From positions 576,809 through 640,808 of the forward strand of contig CAWGXL010000011.1 in assembly GCA_963826535.1 (NCBI GenBank): a DNA stretch of 64,000 nt, given 5' to 3'. The notes beneath the pieces were generated by a model. It was not told the origin of the DNA. It was given only the letters and a program-made list of their open reading frames with translations, and searched no databases. A program made the position numbers and the translations under genes. Source of the stretch: an uncultured bacterium. Lineage in GTDB: Bacteria > Patescibacteriota > Microgenomatia > Levybacterales > UBA12049. Shown in pieces: positions 27,071-36,949 of the stretch (within the stretch, counting starts at the first letter, position 1; every line of letters starts with the position of its first letter).

Positions 27071-28351
27071 TTAGGTTTGAGAATTCTTCACAACCTTGAA
27101 ATCAGGTAGGGGAATTAGAAAATCGGATTTAAGACCACGTGCTTTTAAGCGTTGCATTATTGGAGCGGCCAGGTGCCAGGCAAGTATTACAACGTAGTCA
27201 GGCTGTTCTTTAATAAGCCTCTCATTATTTACAATAGGCATATGTTTGCCGGCTAAATACTTTCCAAGTTTCAGAGAGGTGGGTTGCTCAGTTATATAGG
27301 GCATTAATTCTGTATCAACTCCGTAATAATTCAGTAATGTGGCGGCCCGGGCGGGACAAGCGTCGCCGACTATGAGTTTGCCATTCTTTTTTGCGGTAAT
27401 TAGAAATTCCATCATGGCAAGGCGGGCTTTTTTGACGCGATTGGCGAATTTTTGAAATGTGTCTAATTTATCTAAACCAAATTTTTTTTCAATGTTGAGT
27501 AAATTTGCAATAGATGGATTTTTGGTTCTTCCTTTTCCTTTGGTGGTATGGATACGGATATTGCCGCCATATCTATCGCCCCGTTCAACATCGGTTACGG
27601 TAAAATCGTATGTCTTGAAAAGGTTGATTTGTGAGTTCAAAGAATATGTTCTTAAGTGTTCGTGGTATATTGAGTCAAATTGTCCATCTCTGATAATATC
27701 GAGCAGATAGTGAGTTTCATTTATAAAAACGCCGTCTTTTTTTAGAAGCGCATGCGCGCCCATTACAAATTCTCCGATCGTTTGCATGTGGGCGAATGTA
27801 TTTGTTGTAACAATCATTGCGGCGGGACCATATTTTTTCTTAATTTTGTTGGCAAGTTTTATGTCGAAAAATTCTTGTATTGTTTCGATTCCATTTGCAT
27901 TTGCGTATTTTGCAATATTGGTTGGCTCAACTCCTAACACTTTAATTCCCTGGCTTTTGAAGCCGTTCAGGAGGGTACCGTCATTTGAACCGATATCTAT
28001 CACTAAATCATTTGGAGTTAGTTTATATTGCTTAATTAGGGATTGGCTCATTATTTTTTGATAATCGGCAACTTCTTTTGTAATGCCTGGTTTATAAGGG
28101 TAAGCCGGGTGATAAACTTCTTTTCCGTCAACACAGTAATCGAGCTGAACGCCTGTGCATTTCTCGCACCATATCATGCGCAATGGATATGTTGTTTCAG
28201 GAAGGCGTAGAGATTCTTCGGAAAGCAAGGTATTTGCTAAAGGTTGATGTCCTAAGTCGAGAATTAGGTGGACTTTTTTAGAATTGCAGACTTGGCAGTT
28301 TTTGATAGGTCCGGTTTTTACGAAGTGATATTCAGGATAGGGGAAATTCAT
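27071..28351 (-). CDS. NDP-hexose 3-C-methyltransferase family
   Basis: CQVC..LDLGHQPLAN..CEKC zinc site, DIGSNDG, FDSIYHEH, GGNIR, PDYVVILAW. Confidence 0.92.
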   Translation of the reverse strand: MNFPYPEYHFVKTGPIKNCQVCNSKKVHLILDLGHQPLANTLLSEESLRLPETTYPLRMIWCEKCTGVQLDYCVDGKEVYHPAYPYKPGITKEVADYQKIMSQSLIKQYKLTPNDLVIDIGSNDGTLLNGFKSQGIKVLGVEPTNIAKYANANGIETIQEFFDIKLANKIKKKYGPAAMIVTTNTFAHMQTIGEFVMGAHALLKKDGVFINETHYLLDIIRDGQFDSIYHEHLRTYSLNSQINLFKTYDFTVTDVERGDRYGGNIRIHTTKGKGRTKNPSIANLLNIEKKFGLDKLDTFQKFANRVKKARLAMMEFLITAKKNGKLIVGDACPARAATLLNYYGVDTELMPYITEQPTSLKLGKYLAGKHMPIVNNERLIKEQPDYVVILAWHLAAPIMQRLKARGLKSDFLIPLPDFKVVKNSQT

Positions 28352-28382
28352 CGGATAATTATAGCACAGGTATTTTGAGACC

Positions 28383-28459
28383 GTTCCCGCCTAAGCTTAC
28401 TTCAAGCCTTTTCAGTACTATTCGTACACGGTTTGAAGAGCGCTTGGTCGGCGGGCAGG
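28383..28459. repeat. structured element, family D copy 2
   Basis: See 15183-15254. Confidence 0.55.
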
Positions 28460-28460
28460 C

Positions 28461-28544
28461 GTGAATTAAAATTTTTTTTGCTGCGAAACTCGCCCGCTGA
28501 GAGGGCTCAGACAGTCTTGCTGCAAAAAATTTTATTCACTCACT
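28461..28544. mobile_element. MITE-like ~84-bp element, copy 1
   Basis: TIR GTGAAT(T)AAAATTTTTT..GC / GCAAAAAATTTTATTCAC; near-identical copy at 32476-32559. Confidence 0.75.
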
Positions 28545-28564
28545 TTCTCACTTTCTAATATAAA

Positions 28565-29491
28565 TTAGGCGAAATTATACTTTTTTACGTACTTCAAATA
28601 GTCTTTAATCCCATTTTCAAGATTCATTTTAGGAGACCATCCAAGCATCATTCGCGCTTTTGAATTGTCCATTGTGCCCCGTCTCGGTTTGTCTGTCAGG
28701 GTTTTTATTTCGTATTTTAAGTTGAAATATGGGCGTAAGTGACTGATGAAAGTTGAAAGTTTTTGTGCTTTGCCTCCACTTATATGGAATATTTCTTTTG
28801 TAGGAGCAACTGAAATTACCTTAATGATTCCCTCAACAAGATCTTTGATATAAATAAAATCAAGCCAGGCATTTTCATTAATCCAGAATTTTTCATTTTT
28901 GATAGCATTATTGATAATGGAATTCACTGCGCGTTTGTGTAAATCTCCAAAACCATATACATTGGTAGATTTAATAATCATCCAGTTATCCAGGTGAGAT
29001 GTAATCAAAAACTCACCACTAGCTTTGGAAACACCATATACAGTGACAGGTTGAATTGCGGCTTTTTCATTTATTGTGAAATCAAAGTTACCGTAAGGTG
29101 CAATGGAGGACATAAAAATGAATTTCTTGATTGGGTATTTTTTTACTACTGAAGCAATTTTATATGTGAGTACTGTGTCTTCCGCGATTTGTTTTAGTGA
29201 AAAGAGGGAATCAAAGCTATGCTCTAGTGGATACCCTGCTAAGTGAATTATGATTTGAGGTTTTTCTTTTTTTATTATTTTTTCACCGATCTCTTCGAAT
29301 CTTCCTTTATAGAGAAGTGCTTTTTTTAACAATGATTTATTTCGAAAGTCACGTATTTTTTTGATATGTAACTTGTTGTCTCCATAATCGAGTAAGGGGT
29401 CTATAATTACCACCTTATAATTTTGGTCTGTTAAATATTTCGTGAGCCATGAGCCGATAAATCCTGCGCCTCCGATCAATAAACATTTCAT
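28565..29491 (-). CDS. NAD-dependent epimerase/dehydratase
   Basis: GGAGFIG, YGVSK, NVYGFG. Confidence 0.92.
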   Translation of the reverse strand: MKCLLIGGAGFIGSWLTKYLTDQNYKVVIIDPLLDYGDNKLHIKKIRDFRNKSLLKKALLYKGRFEEIGEKIIKKEKPQIIIHLAGYPLEHSFDSLFSLKQIAEDTVLTYKIASVVKKYPIKKFIFMSSIAPYGNFDFTINEKAAIQPVTVYGVSKASGEFLITSHLDNWMIIKSTNVYGFGDLHKRAVNSIINNAIKNEKFWINENAWLDFIYIKDLVEGIIKVISVAPTKEIFHISGGKAQKLSTFISHLRPYFNLKYEIKTLTDKPRRGTMDNSKARMMLGWSPKMNLENGIKDYLKYVKKYNFA

Positions 29492-29611
29492 ATGTGGTTT
29501 ATAAATGCAAATTCTTGCGTAAAGTATAGCATAGACTTAATCTTAAGAATGCAGGATATTTTTGACTTTAAGAACTGATATAATTTCTCTAAGTTTCTAT
29601 CCAAAAATATT

Positions 29612-30778
29612 ATGAAACATAGAGTAGCAATTGTTCGCGGGCCGGGGCTAAGTAAATGGGAGATGCAGGTTTATGAGCCTTTGATGGAATGGTTTGATTT
29701 GACTGCTATTGCTTCAACCAGACCGGTTAACGATATACAAAATATACAATTTCCTATAAAGCGACTTGTTTGTCCTACGCAATATTTAACTTTAATGCCT
29801 AAAATTATTCCGATTATGTTTAATATGTTTGGCGATACACAGTGGCTGTATGGTTTTGAAAAAGTTGTTTCAGGGTTTGATATTGTTCATAGCGTTGAAT
29901 TGTTTAATGGTTATTCAGTGCAAGCTGTGAGGGCAAAGAAAAAAGGTATAATAAAAGCTGTAACTTTAACAATACATGAAAATATTCCATTCACTTACAA
30001 TAACTATCCTGCCAAAATGGCTTTAAAACAGGAAGTAATTGAGGGAGCAGACCGTTTTCTTGCTATTAATGAAATGAGTAAACAGATGCTTCTTCTTGAA
30101 GGGGTTGATGAGAAACGCATATCTGTTATTCCGCAAAGCGTAGACACTCATGTTTTTCGTCCGCCATCAGATTCCGATAAAGCGGATTTAAAAAAACTGA
30201 GGAAAAAATATAATTTGAATGATGATGATTTTGTTGTTCTTGCTGTTGGAAGGATGGTTTGGGAAAAGGGATGGTATGATCTGATACCAGCGGCATTGCG
30301 AGTTTATCAAAAATTAAAAAATGTTAAATTTATATTTATAGGATCAGGACCGGAGAGGGAGCAAGTAGAGGCTTTTTCTCAACGGCTTGGACTAAGCAAG
30401 ACAATTATTTTTGCGAGTCTTCCTTATAGTATGATGAATAGTGTATTTCGCATGGCAAATCTTTTTGCCTATCCTAGTCTTGCCACCAGACAATGGAATG
30501 CACAGTTTGGTGGTGGAGTACTTACTGAAGCAATGGCAACAGCGCTCCCGATTGTCGCAACATTAAATGGAGGGGTGATAGACCTTGTTGGACGTGGGGG
30601 GGGGATTTTTCTTCAACCGCAGCGGTTTGGGGAACTTGCAGATGCTATCATCAAGTTTGCCCGTGATTCTAAGCTTTGTAAAAAAATCGGTCAACGTAAT
30701 AGAGAAACAGCTTTGAAACTTTATAGTCTCCAAGTGGTTGCTAAACAGATTAAAAAAGAATGGGAAATTGTTATATAA
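29612..30778 (+). CDS. GT4 glycosyltransferase
   Basis: VGRMVWEKG, YPS...FGGGVLTEAMA. Confidence 0.9.
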   Translation: MKHRVAIVRGPGLSKWEMQVYEPLMEWFDLTAIASTRPVNDIQNIQFPIKRLVCPTQYLTLMPKIIPIMFNMFGDTQWLYGFEKVVSGFDIVHSVELFNGYSVQAVRAKKKGIIKAVTLTIHENIPFTYNNYPAKMALKQEVIEGADRFLAINEMSKQMLLLEGVDEKRISVIPQSVDTHVFRPPSDSDKADLKKLRKKYNLNDDDFVVLAVGRMVWEKGWYDLIPAALRVYQKLKNVKFIFIGSGPEREQVEAFSQRLGLSKTIIFASLPYSMMNSVFRMANLFAYPSLATRQWNAQFGGGVLTEAMATALPIVATLNGGVIDLVGRGGGIFLQPQRFGELADAIIKFARDSKLCKKIGQRNRETALKLYSLQVVAKQIKKEWEIVI

Positions 30779-30780
30779 AA

Positions 30781-30940
30781 AATTTGAAATTTGCCCTACG
30801 AGGGGACTAGGTTTTTCCCCACGAGGGGATTGGCGCAAACCGTCGAAATTTGAAATTTTTAATGGCTTAATATTTTAAATTTAATAATTGTAACATTGTG
30901 ATTTGATTGAAAATTGTAAATTTTAAATTGAAAATTAATA
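30781..30940. repeat. GAAATTT/AAAATTG heptamer array with nested CCC.ACGAGGGG hairpins
   Basis: Degenerate 7-mer repeats interrupted by GCCCTACGAGGGGACTAGG...CCCCACGAGGGG. Confidence 0.6.
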
Positions 30941-30946
30941 AAGTTT

Positions 30947-32449
30947 ATGCTAAGAAAAGTACAGCCTCTTCTATCAAATTCTTCTTTGGATGTACGAGCG
31001 CTGAAGACTAAGGCTGTTGATAGTTTTTTTGTTTTGGCAATCCGGCGTGTTTTAGTACAAGTAATTCAAACTATCTCCAGCATACTGCTTGCAAGATTAT
31101 TATTTCCTGATGTTTTTGGATTCTATGTATTGCTTTTATTTTTTCAAGGGATATTCCTTTTACTTACAGATATTGGTTTGTATATGTCTATCATTCAAGA
31201 TAAAAAAGAACCTTCAACTCCTGAGTTGCGAAGTATTTTTACACTGCATGTGCTACTAGGAAGCATTACAACTATTATTTTCTGGTTTTTGGTTCCTGTT
31301 CTCTTTAATTTATTTAATCAATCTCTTGACGCACAGAAATTGTTTGTTGTTCAGTTAAGTTCTTTAGCCCTTATTTTTTTCAATTTAAAATTAATACCGC
31401 AAGCATTACTTGAAAGAGCGATCGATTTTAAGAGAATAACTATTGCAGAAGTGAGTGAAGTATTAATATTTAGTATATGTACAGTAGTGCTTGCCATTAA
31501 CGGGTTTGGTGTTGCCAGTTTTATTTGGGGTTTATTGGTGAGTAGATTTTTTATAGCTGTTATCTTTTTTTGGCTTAGACCTTGGAAAATTGGAATTTCT
31601 TTCTCTTTGCAACATTTAAAGCGTTTTTTATCATTTGGAATACCTATTCAATTAAGTAGTGTATATGGAACATTAAGCGGGGCGGTTGCTCCTGTAATTG
31701 TTGGCGGCATGTTAGGCGTTACGGCACTAGGGCTTGTTATTTGGGCAGGGGGAGTTGCCGGATTATCAAGAGTTATTAGTGAAATTATTTCACGTATATT
31801 GCTAACGCTTGGTGCCAGGTCACAGAGTGATCCTGAGATTTTTAAAAAGACGATTGAGAGGGCGACGCATTTATCTACTGTAATTTCATTTCCACTTATA
31901 GCGCTTATCTTTGTACTCGCAAAACCAATTACATATATTATTTTTACCGATAAATGGCTTGGTGGGTTGGGGACATTGTATGTTTTTTGTATTTATGGAA
32001 TATTTGCGATTTTACAAGATATTTTAATTCACGCATTGTGGGGAATTGGTAATTCAAGAGCAGTTCGTGATATCACATTATTATCTGTGGTATTACAATG
32101 GATATTTTCTTTTATTCTTGTATCAAAGTTTGGATTGATAGGTTTTTCAATAGCGTGGCTTTTGACAGGGGTCAATTGTATTCTATTGTATTTGGAATTA
32201 CGAAAACGCGTGAAAATTAACATATTGACAGATCTTCTCAAAACTTTGGCGCTCTCGGTTTTTACCGGTATTGCGACTTTTTTAGTTACGTTATTTTTTC
32301 CTATAATATCAATTTGGCATTTGATAGGGACTGGTTGCGTTGGTTTGGGATTTTATATCCTTATTGTGTTAATTTTGCGGAGAAAGATGTTTGTAGAGAA
32401 TTTTGGAGTTATTAAGGAATTGATGGTACGGAAAAGGGTTGAAAAGTAA
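30947..32449 (+). CDS. wzx: Wzx/MOP oligosaccharide flippase
   Basis: ILLARLLFPDVFG, DIGL..SIIQ, about 13 TM helices, IFTDKW. Confidence 0.88.
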   Translation: MLRKVQPLLSNSSLDVRALKTKAVDSFFVLAIRRVLVQVIQTISSILLARLLFPDVFGFYVLLLFFQGIFLLLTDIGLYMSIIQDKKEPSTPELRSIFTLHVLLGSITTIIFWFLVPVLFNLFNQSLDAQKLFVVQLSSLALIFFNLKLIPQALLERAIDFKRITIAEVSEVLIFSICTVVLAINGFGVASFIWGLLVSRFFIAVIFFWLRPWKIGISFSLQHLKRFLSFGIPIQLSSVYGTLSGAVAPVIVGGMLGVTALGLVIWAGGVAGLSRVISEIISRILLTLGARSQSDPEIFKKTIERATHLSTVISFPLIALIFVLAKPITYIIFTDKWLGGLGTLYVFCIYGIFAILQDILIHALWGIGNSRAVRDITLLSVVLQWIFSFILVSKFGLIGFSIAWLLTGVNCILLYLELRKRVKINILTDLLKTLALSVFTGIATFLVTLFFPIISIWHLIGTGCVGLGFYILIVLILRRKMFVENFGVIKELMVRKRVEK

Positions 32450-32475
32450 GATTGATTGTGGATATGCATCCGTTC

Positions 32476-32559
32476 GTGAATAAAATTTTTTTTGCTGCGA
32501 AACTCGCCCCGCTGAGCGGGCTCAAACAGTCTTGCTGCAAAAAATTTTATTCACTCACT
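32476..32559. mobile_element. MITE-like element, copy 2
   Basis: Same orientation as, and near-identical to, 28461-28544. Confidence 0.75.
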
Positions 32560-32594
32560 AATTTTCACAATTCCTAAACGATTTCGCTGTTAAT

Positions 32595-33845
32595 TCAGCC
32601 TATTATTTTTGGGAAGGGGATGGGGATGATAAATTTTCCGCCTTGATTTGTGAACCATTGTTCTTTATTCATGATAGGTACAGCCGAATTCCAGGCAAGA
32701 ATTAGGATGTAATCAGGGATGTTTTTTTTGAGTGTATGCGGTGGAAGAATGGGGATGTGGTTTCCAGGCATATAGAGAAATTGTTTTGAGGGAGTACTAT
32801 CTGTTATATAGTCAATTGTTTGATTTGTGATGCCGCAAAAATTTAAAAGCGTAGTCGCTTTTGCAGGTGCTCCGTAACCCGCAATTTTTTTACCTTGTTT
32901 TTTTATATCAGCAAGAATACGAGTGAGTGTTTTTTTGATAATAAGAGGTTGTCTGGCAAATTTTTTATAGATTTTATCCTCATGGAGTTTAAGAAAACGT
33001 TCTTTCTGAATGAACTTTAGAACACTGTTTTTGACCTGAAAACGTCCTGACTTATGAGAGGCATAAATGCGCAGAGATCCTCCGTGGTTGGCTACATGCA
33101 ATACATCAAAAACTTGTAAATCGTACTTCTTCAATAAATAAATGATGGGATGGAGAGAGAAATAACAAATATGTTCATGATACATTGCATCAAACTCATT
33201 TTTATGGAGTAAGTCTGCAATGTATTGCACTTCAAAAATAAATATCCCATTGGGATCAAGTATTTTTTTTGTTGCAGCCAGAATGTCATGAATTTTATCG
33301 GTATGTGCTAAAACATTATTGGCTGTTATAATCCCTGCTTTTCCATATGTATTAAATAGGTGCGGGACAATATGCGTGCCAAAAAAATCGTTAATTGATT
33401 CAAGATGTTTTTTATTAACTATTGTTGTGATGTTGGTTGCAGGATCAACTCCTAATACCCGCGCGCCAAGTTTTTTTAAAGGTTTCAGAAGAACTCCGTC
33501 ATTACTGCCTACGTCAATTGTTAATTGTTTTATCTGACGCGGAAATTTTTTTATAAGATCTAGAGCATATTCATCAAAATGTTTAATTAAGGTGGAAGAT
33601 GCGGAGGAAAAATATGCATAATTATTGAACAGTTGGCCACGATCTACGATATCAAGTAATTGAGCCAAATGACAATTGTGACAGTAATAAATGTTAAGCG
33701 GAATTTTTAGATCAGGTTTTTTTAAGTCATTTTTTGTGAGATAGGAATTCGCAAGAGGCAGATTGCCCAGAGATAAAAAACGTGTGAGTTTTTTGCCTTT
33801 ACATATTAGACAGTGTTTGCTTTTTTTAATCTTAGCTTTCAACAT
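32595..33845 (-). CDS. NDP-hexose 3-C-methyltransferase family, second copy
   Basis: CLIC..LGNLPLAN..CHNC, DVGSNDG, FDAMYHEH, HGGSLR, GYGAPAK, PDYILILAWN. Confidence 0.92.
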   Translation of the reverse strand: MLKAKIKKSKHCLICKGKKLTRFLSLGNLPLANSYLTKNDLKKPDLKIPLNIYYCHNCHLAQLLDIVDRGQLFNNYAYFSSASSTLIKHFDEYALDLIKKFPRQIKQLTIDVGSNDGVLLKPLKKLGARVLGVDPATNITTIVNKKHLESINDFFGTHIVPHLFNTYGKAGIITANNVLAHTDKIHDILAATKKILDPNGIFIFEVQYIADLLHKNEFDAMYHEHICYFSLHPIIYLLKKYDLQVFDVLHVANHGGSLRIYASHKSGRFQVKNSVLKFIQKERFLKLHEDKIYKKFARQPLIIKKTLTRILADIKKQGKKIAGYGAPAKATTLLNFCGITNQTIDYITDSTPSKQFLYMPGNHIPILPPHTLKKNIPDYILILAWNSAVPIMNKEQWFTNQGGKFIIPIPFPKIIG

Positions 33846-34004
33846 ATTGTTTCAGTTATTATATACCACTTAACCCCGATCTGCGCGGCAACTCTAAGGT
33901 ATAATATTTATAAATCTGAGGAGTATTATATAAAATAAGTAGCAAATGTAATTAATATAATATGTGAATTATATTTTTTATGATAGGTGTGTTATCATTT
34001 TCTT

Positions 34005-36884
34005 ATGCAGAAGTACCTTGCTAAAGGTTTAACTTTCCTATTCCACATAATTGCAATATGCTTTCTAGTCTATTTTACACAACCATTTGCTGACTGGTAT
34101 TTGTCAGCAGTACCTGCTCACGGGGTCGATTTATATAATAGTGTTACTCATGCAATGTACCATTTGAATTCTTTTTCTTTGCCTTTTAACAGCTTCAAGG
34201 ATTTTTGGTACGCAGGATATCCTGTAATGCAGGATTTTCCACAGTTGTCATATTACGCCATGGTGCCGTTTGTAGCATATTTTGGTGGACCTATAGGAGT
34301 TCAGATTTTTGCTATGGCAACTCTAGTTTTGCTTCTAATTTTTTCATATTTTCTCTTTTATGAACTTTCTAAAAATAACGGTTTGTCAGTCCTGCTTTCG
34401 CTTTTGGTTTTACTGTCAGTAAATATTTACGGCGCTCTGACATGGGCGGGATCAGTTCCATACTTTGCTTCACAATGCTTATTCCCGCTTGGGTTATTTT
34501 TTGGAGTAAAGTATCTAAAAAATCCGCAGATAAAGAATTTGTCTCTCATGATATTAGTAACCGGTATAGGGATACTGATACATCCATTGGCTATTGTTGC
34601 GTATCTCATACCATCACTTACGCTACTTATCATTGCAGGCGGAATCGGTGCACGTTATAATGTAGCCCGCATTTTGCAGCAGATTTTCTTTTATGTAGCA
34701 GGTTTTATCTTAATTTCTTTTACTTATACTTATAATTTCTTTTATGCAATTCTTATTGATAAGATACCTCTTTTTGTTTTCCAGACGTCAAAAAGCGGAG
34801 ATGTTAAAAATGCTACTACAGGCGCGCAAGACATAGTGGATTTTTATAAAGGACAAGTCGCAAGACTCTATACAGATACTGATGAGAGAATATATTACTT
34901 GTTTGCAATTGCTTTTATATTATTTATTTTAGGATTGTTAATTGCAAGAAGAAGAAGGCAAGCATTATATTTTTTCCCACTTTTTTTTATTGCTGCCTAT
35001 ACAGCATTGCATCCGGCACTCAATTTGTCAGGTATAATTAGTTTTTTTAAACACGATCCATACCGTGCATTTTGGCAATTTCCTATTGCTGCAGGAATGC
35101 TGATTGCTTTTTTCTGGGGGTTTTTTCAGGCAAGCCTTTTTGAACGTATAAAAGCAAGATTAAAGATTGTTGTGTTTATACCGGTTGTTAGCTTATCAGT
35201 TTTATTTCTTATAGTTTCATTATTTATTTTTAATAGCTCCTTTGCTTCGGTAATCGATAGGATCGATAAACATTCCGATACCTCTTCAGCGTTTCCCGAA
35301 GTGTTGAGTATGAAGCTAAATAAGGAAGATCAGGACGATTTAAAACGCAAACTAATTCCATCTTTTTTGGATCCTAATGATAAAAATAAAAGGCTATATG
35401 ATTCAGACGCGACTGTAAATATATGGTGGAACAGTCTCTATGATATGCCGCTTGCGCGGGGGTATATTGATCCTCCTATTGGAACAACAAGACGAAGCGG
35501 GTTGTTCTTATTGGATACTTCTATTGGTAATGATGTCCTGGTACGTGATTTAAAATTTCCTGAAGAAATAGCCGTGAACTACGCGCATTTTCTTACCGAT
35601 TGGCATGGTGTATATTTTTATGAAGGGGGACATGTGTCACCTGCCTCTAATGCTCCGCCATCATCTTATCTTTTGAAGGATGATTTTTTTGATAAAAAAG
35701 AGACTGTTACTGTTCCCGGTGCAATATTACGCAACGAAACACCGTCAGGACGGCCTGAAGCGCGTATGGATCTAACTCAATCACTTATGTATTATAGAGT
35801 GAATGAAAAATATACAAGTCCAGTTGTCGTTGGCAGCAATGCACCGGCAATAGCTGTGTTTACTGATGATGCAGGGTTTGAGCAAGTTTGGAGAGCGCTT
35901 GCAATAGAGAATATACATTCACGTCTATTGGTACCAGTTTATATCGAAAATAATATTGATTCAGTTTCTTCTAACGAACTCGCTCAGTTTGATGCTGTAA
36001 TTCTACATAATTATACATACAGTAATAAAGATAAAGCTTTTCGTATGCTGGGTGAATATGTTCAAAAAGGAGGAAACCTTTTTGTTGATACAGATGGGGA
36101 GATCGCTGACGCAAATTCTGATTCTTTGGCTGAACTTTTTCCATTTGATAAATCCGAGAGAAAAGAATTACAAAAAACCTGGGATTTAGAGGAGACGTCT
36201 GATCCACTTATTAACGACATAGATTTTAGTCTTTTTGGTCTCCCAGTATATAATGAAAAACCCTGGAAATTTTCTTATCCTACCGGAGACGCGGTCTTGC
36301 GTGATAATGTAAAAGTAATTTTGAAAAATTCAGGGAAACCGATTTTGATGAAAAGGCAATACGGTTCAGGCAAGGTGATTTGGTCCGGTATGAATATTCT
36401 TTATCATATTAATCAAAATCCAATAGCTGCGGAGGGTAAGTTTTTCAAAAATATAATCACTGAACTTGTCAAATTAGGAGATGGACAGTTCACCAAAGTG
36501 GACGTAGTATGGGACAGTCCTGAAAGAGTCCACGTAAAGTCAAACAGCAAGCCTAAGGCGATTCTTTTTAAGGAAGAATTTTATAACGGATGGTCGGTGA
36601 ACGATAAATATAATGGGAGTCAAAAAATTTATACAACCGGACCAACTTACCCTGGCTTTATGTATGTTCCTCTTAAGAAGAATGACGCAAACAAAGCCGA
36701 TGTTACTTTCTCGTATAATGGTGATCCGTTATATTGGGCGGTGACAATTGTGCAAATAATTGCAATTCTTTTTGTTCTTGAATTAATAATATTTAAAGGT
36801 AAAATTGTGGGGGTAAGAACGCATAAGATGTATCATAAAACGCGAAAGAAAATTGGTTCGTGGTGGGAGAAGGAGGAGGAGTAA
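34005..36884 (+). CDS. large YfhO/PTPS-related GT-C-like membrane protein with a GATase-like soluble domain, paralog 4
   Basis: FWYAGYP, TWAGSVP, NIWWNSLYDMPLARGYIDPP, LFKEEFYNGW, GPTYPGFMYV, ends WWEKEEE; start MQKY chosen from the leaderless promoter spacing. Confidence 0.82.
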   Translation: MQKYLAKGLTFLFHIIAICFLVYFTQPFADWYLSAVPAHGVDLYNSVTHAMYHLNSFSLPFNSFKDFWYAGYPVMQDFPQLSYYAMVPFVAYFGGPIGVQIFAMATLVLLLIFSYFLFYELSKNNGLSVLLSLLVLLSVNIYGALTWAGSVPYFASQCLFPLGLFFGVKYLKNPQIKNLSLMILVTGIGILIHPLAIVAYLIPSLTLLIIAGGIGARYNVARILQQIFFYVAGFILISFTYTYNFFYAILIDKIPLFVFQTSKSGDVKNATTGAQDIVDFYKGQVARLYTDTDERIYYLFAIAFILFILGLLIARRRRQALYFFPLFFIAAYTALHPALNLSGIISFFKHDPYRAFWQFPIAAGMLIAFFWGFFQASLFERIKARLKIVVFIPVVSLSVLFLIVSLFIFNSSFASVIDRIDKHSDTSSAFPEVLSMKLNKEDQDDLKRKLIPSFLDPNDKNKRLYDSDATVNIWWNSLYDMPLARGYIDPPIGTTRRSGLFLLDTSIGNDVLVRDLKFPEEIAVNYAHFLTDWHGVYFYEGGHVSPASNAPPSSYLLKDDFFDKKETVTVPGAILRNETPSGRPEARMDLTQSLMYYRVNEKYTSPVVVGSNAPAIAVFTDDAGFEQVWRALAIENIHSRLLVPVYIENNIDSVSSNELAQFDAVILHNYTYSNKDKAFRMLGEYVQKGGNLFVDTDGEIADANSDSLAELFPFDKSERKELQKTWDLEETSDPLINDIDFSLFGLPVYNEKPWKFSYPTGDAVLRDNVKVILKNSGKPILMKRQYGSGKVIWSGMNILYHINQNPIAAEGKFFKNIITELVKLGDGQFTKVDVVWDSPERVHVKSNSKPKAILFKEEFYNGWSVNDKYNGSQKIYTTGPTYPGFMYVPLKKNDANKADVTFSYNGDPLYWAVTIVQIIAILFVLELIIFKGKIVGVRTHKMYHKTRKKIGSWWEKEEE

Positions 36885-36949
36885 AATAGTTCAAAGTTCA
36901 AAGTTCAAATTAATACTAAATGTTTAAATTTTAAAATCCAATTTAAGTT

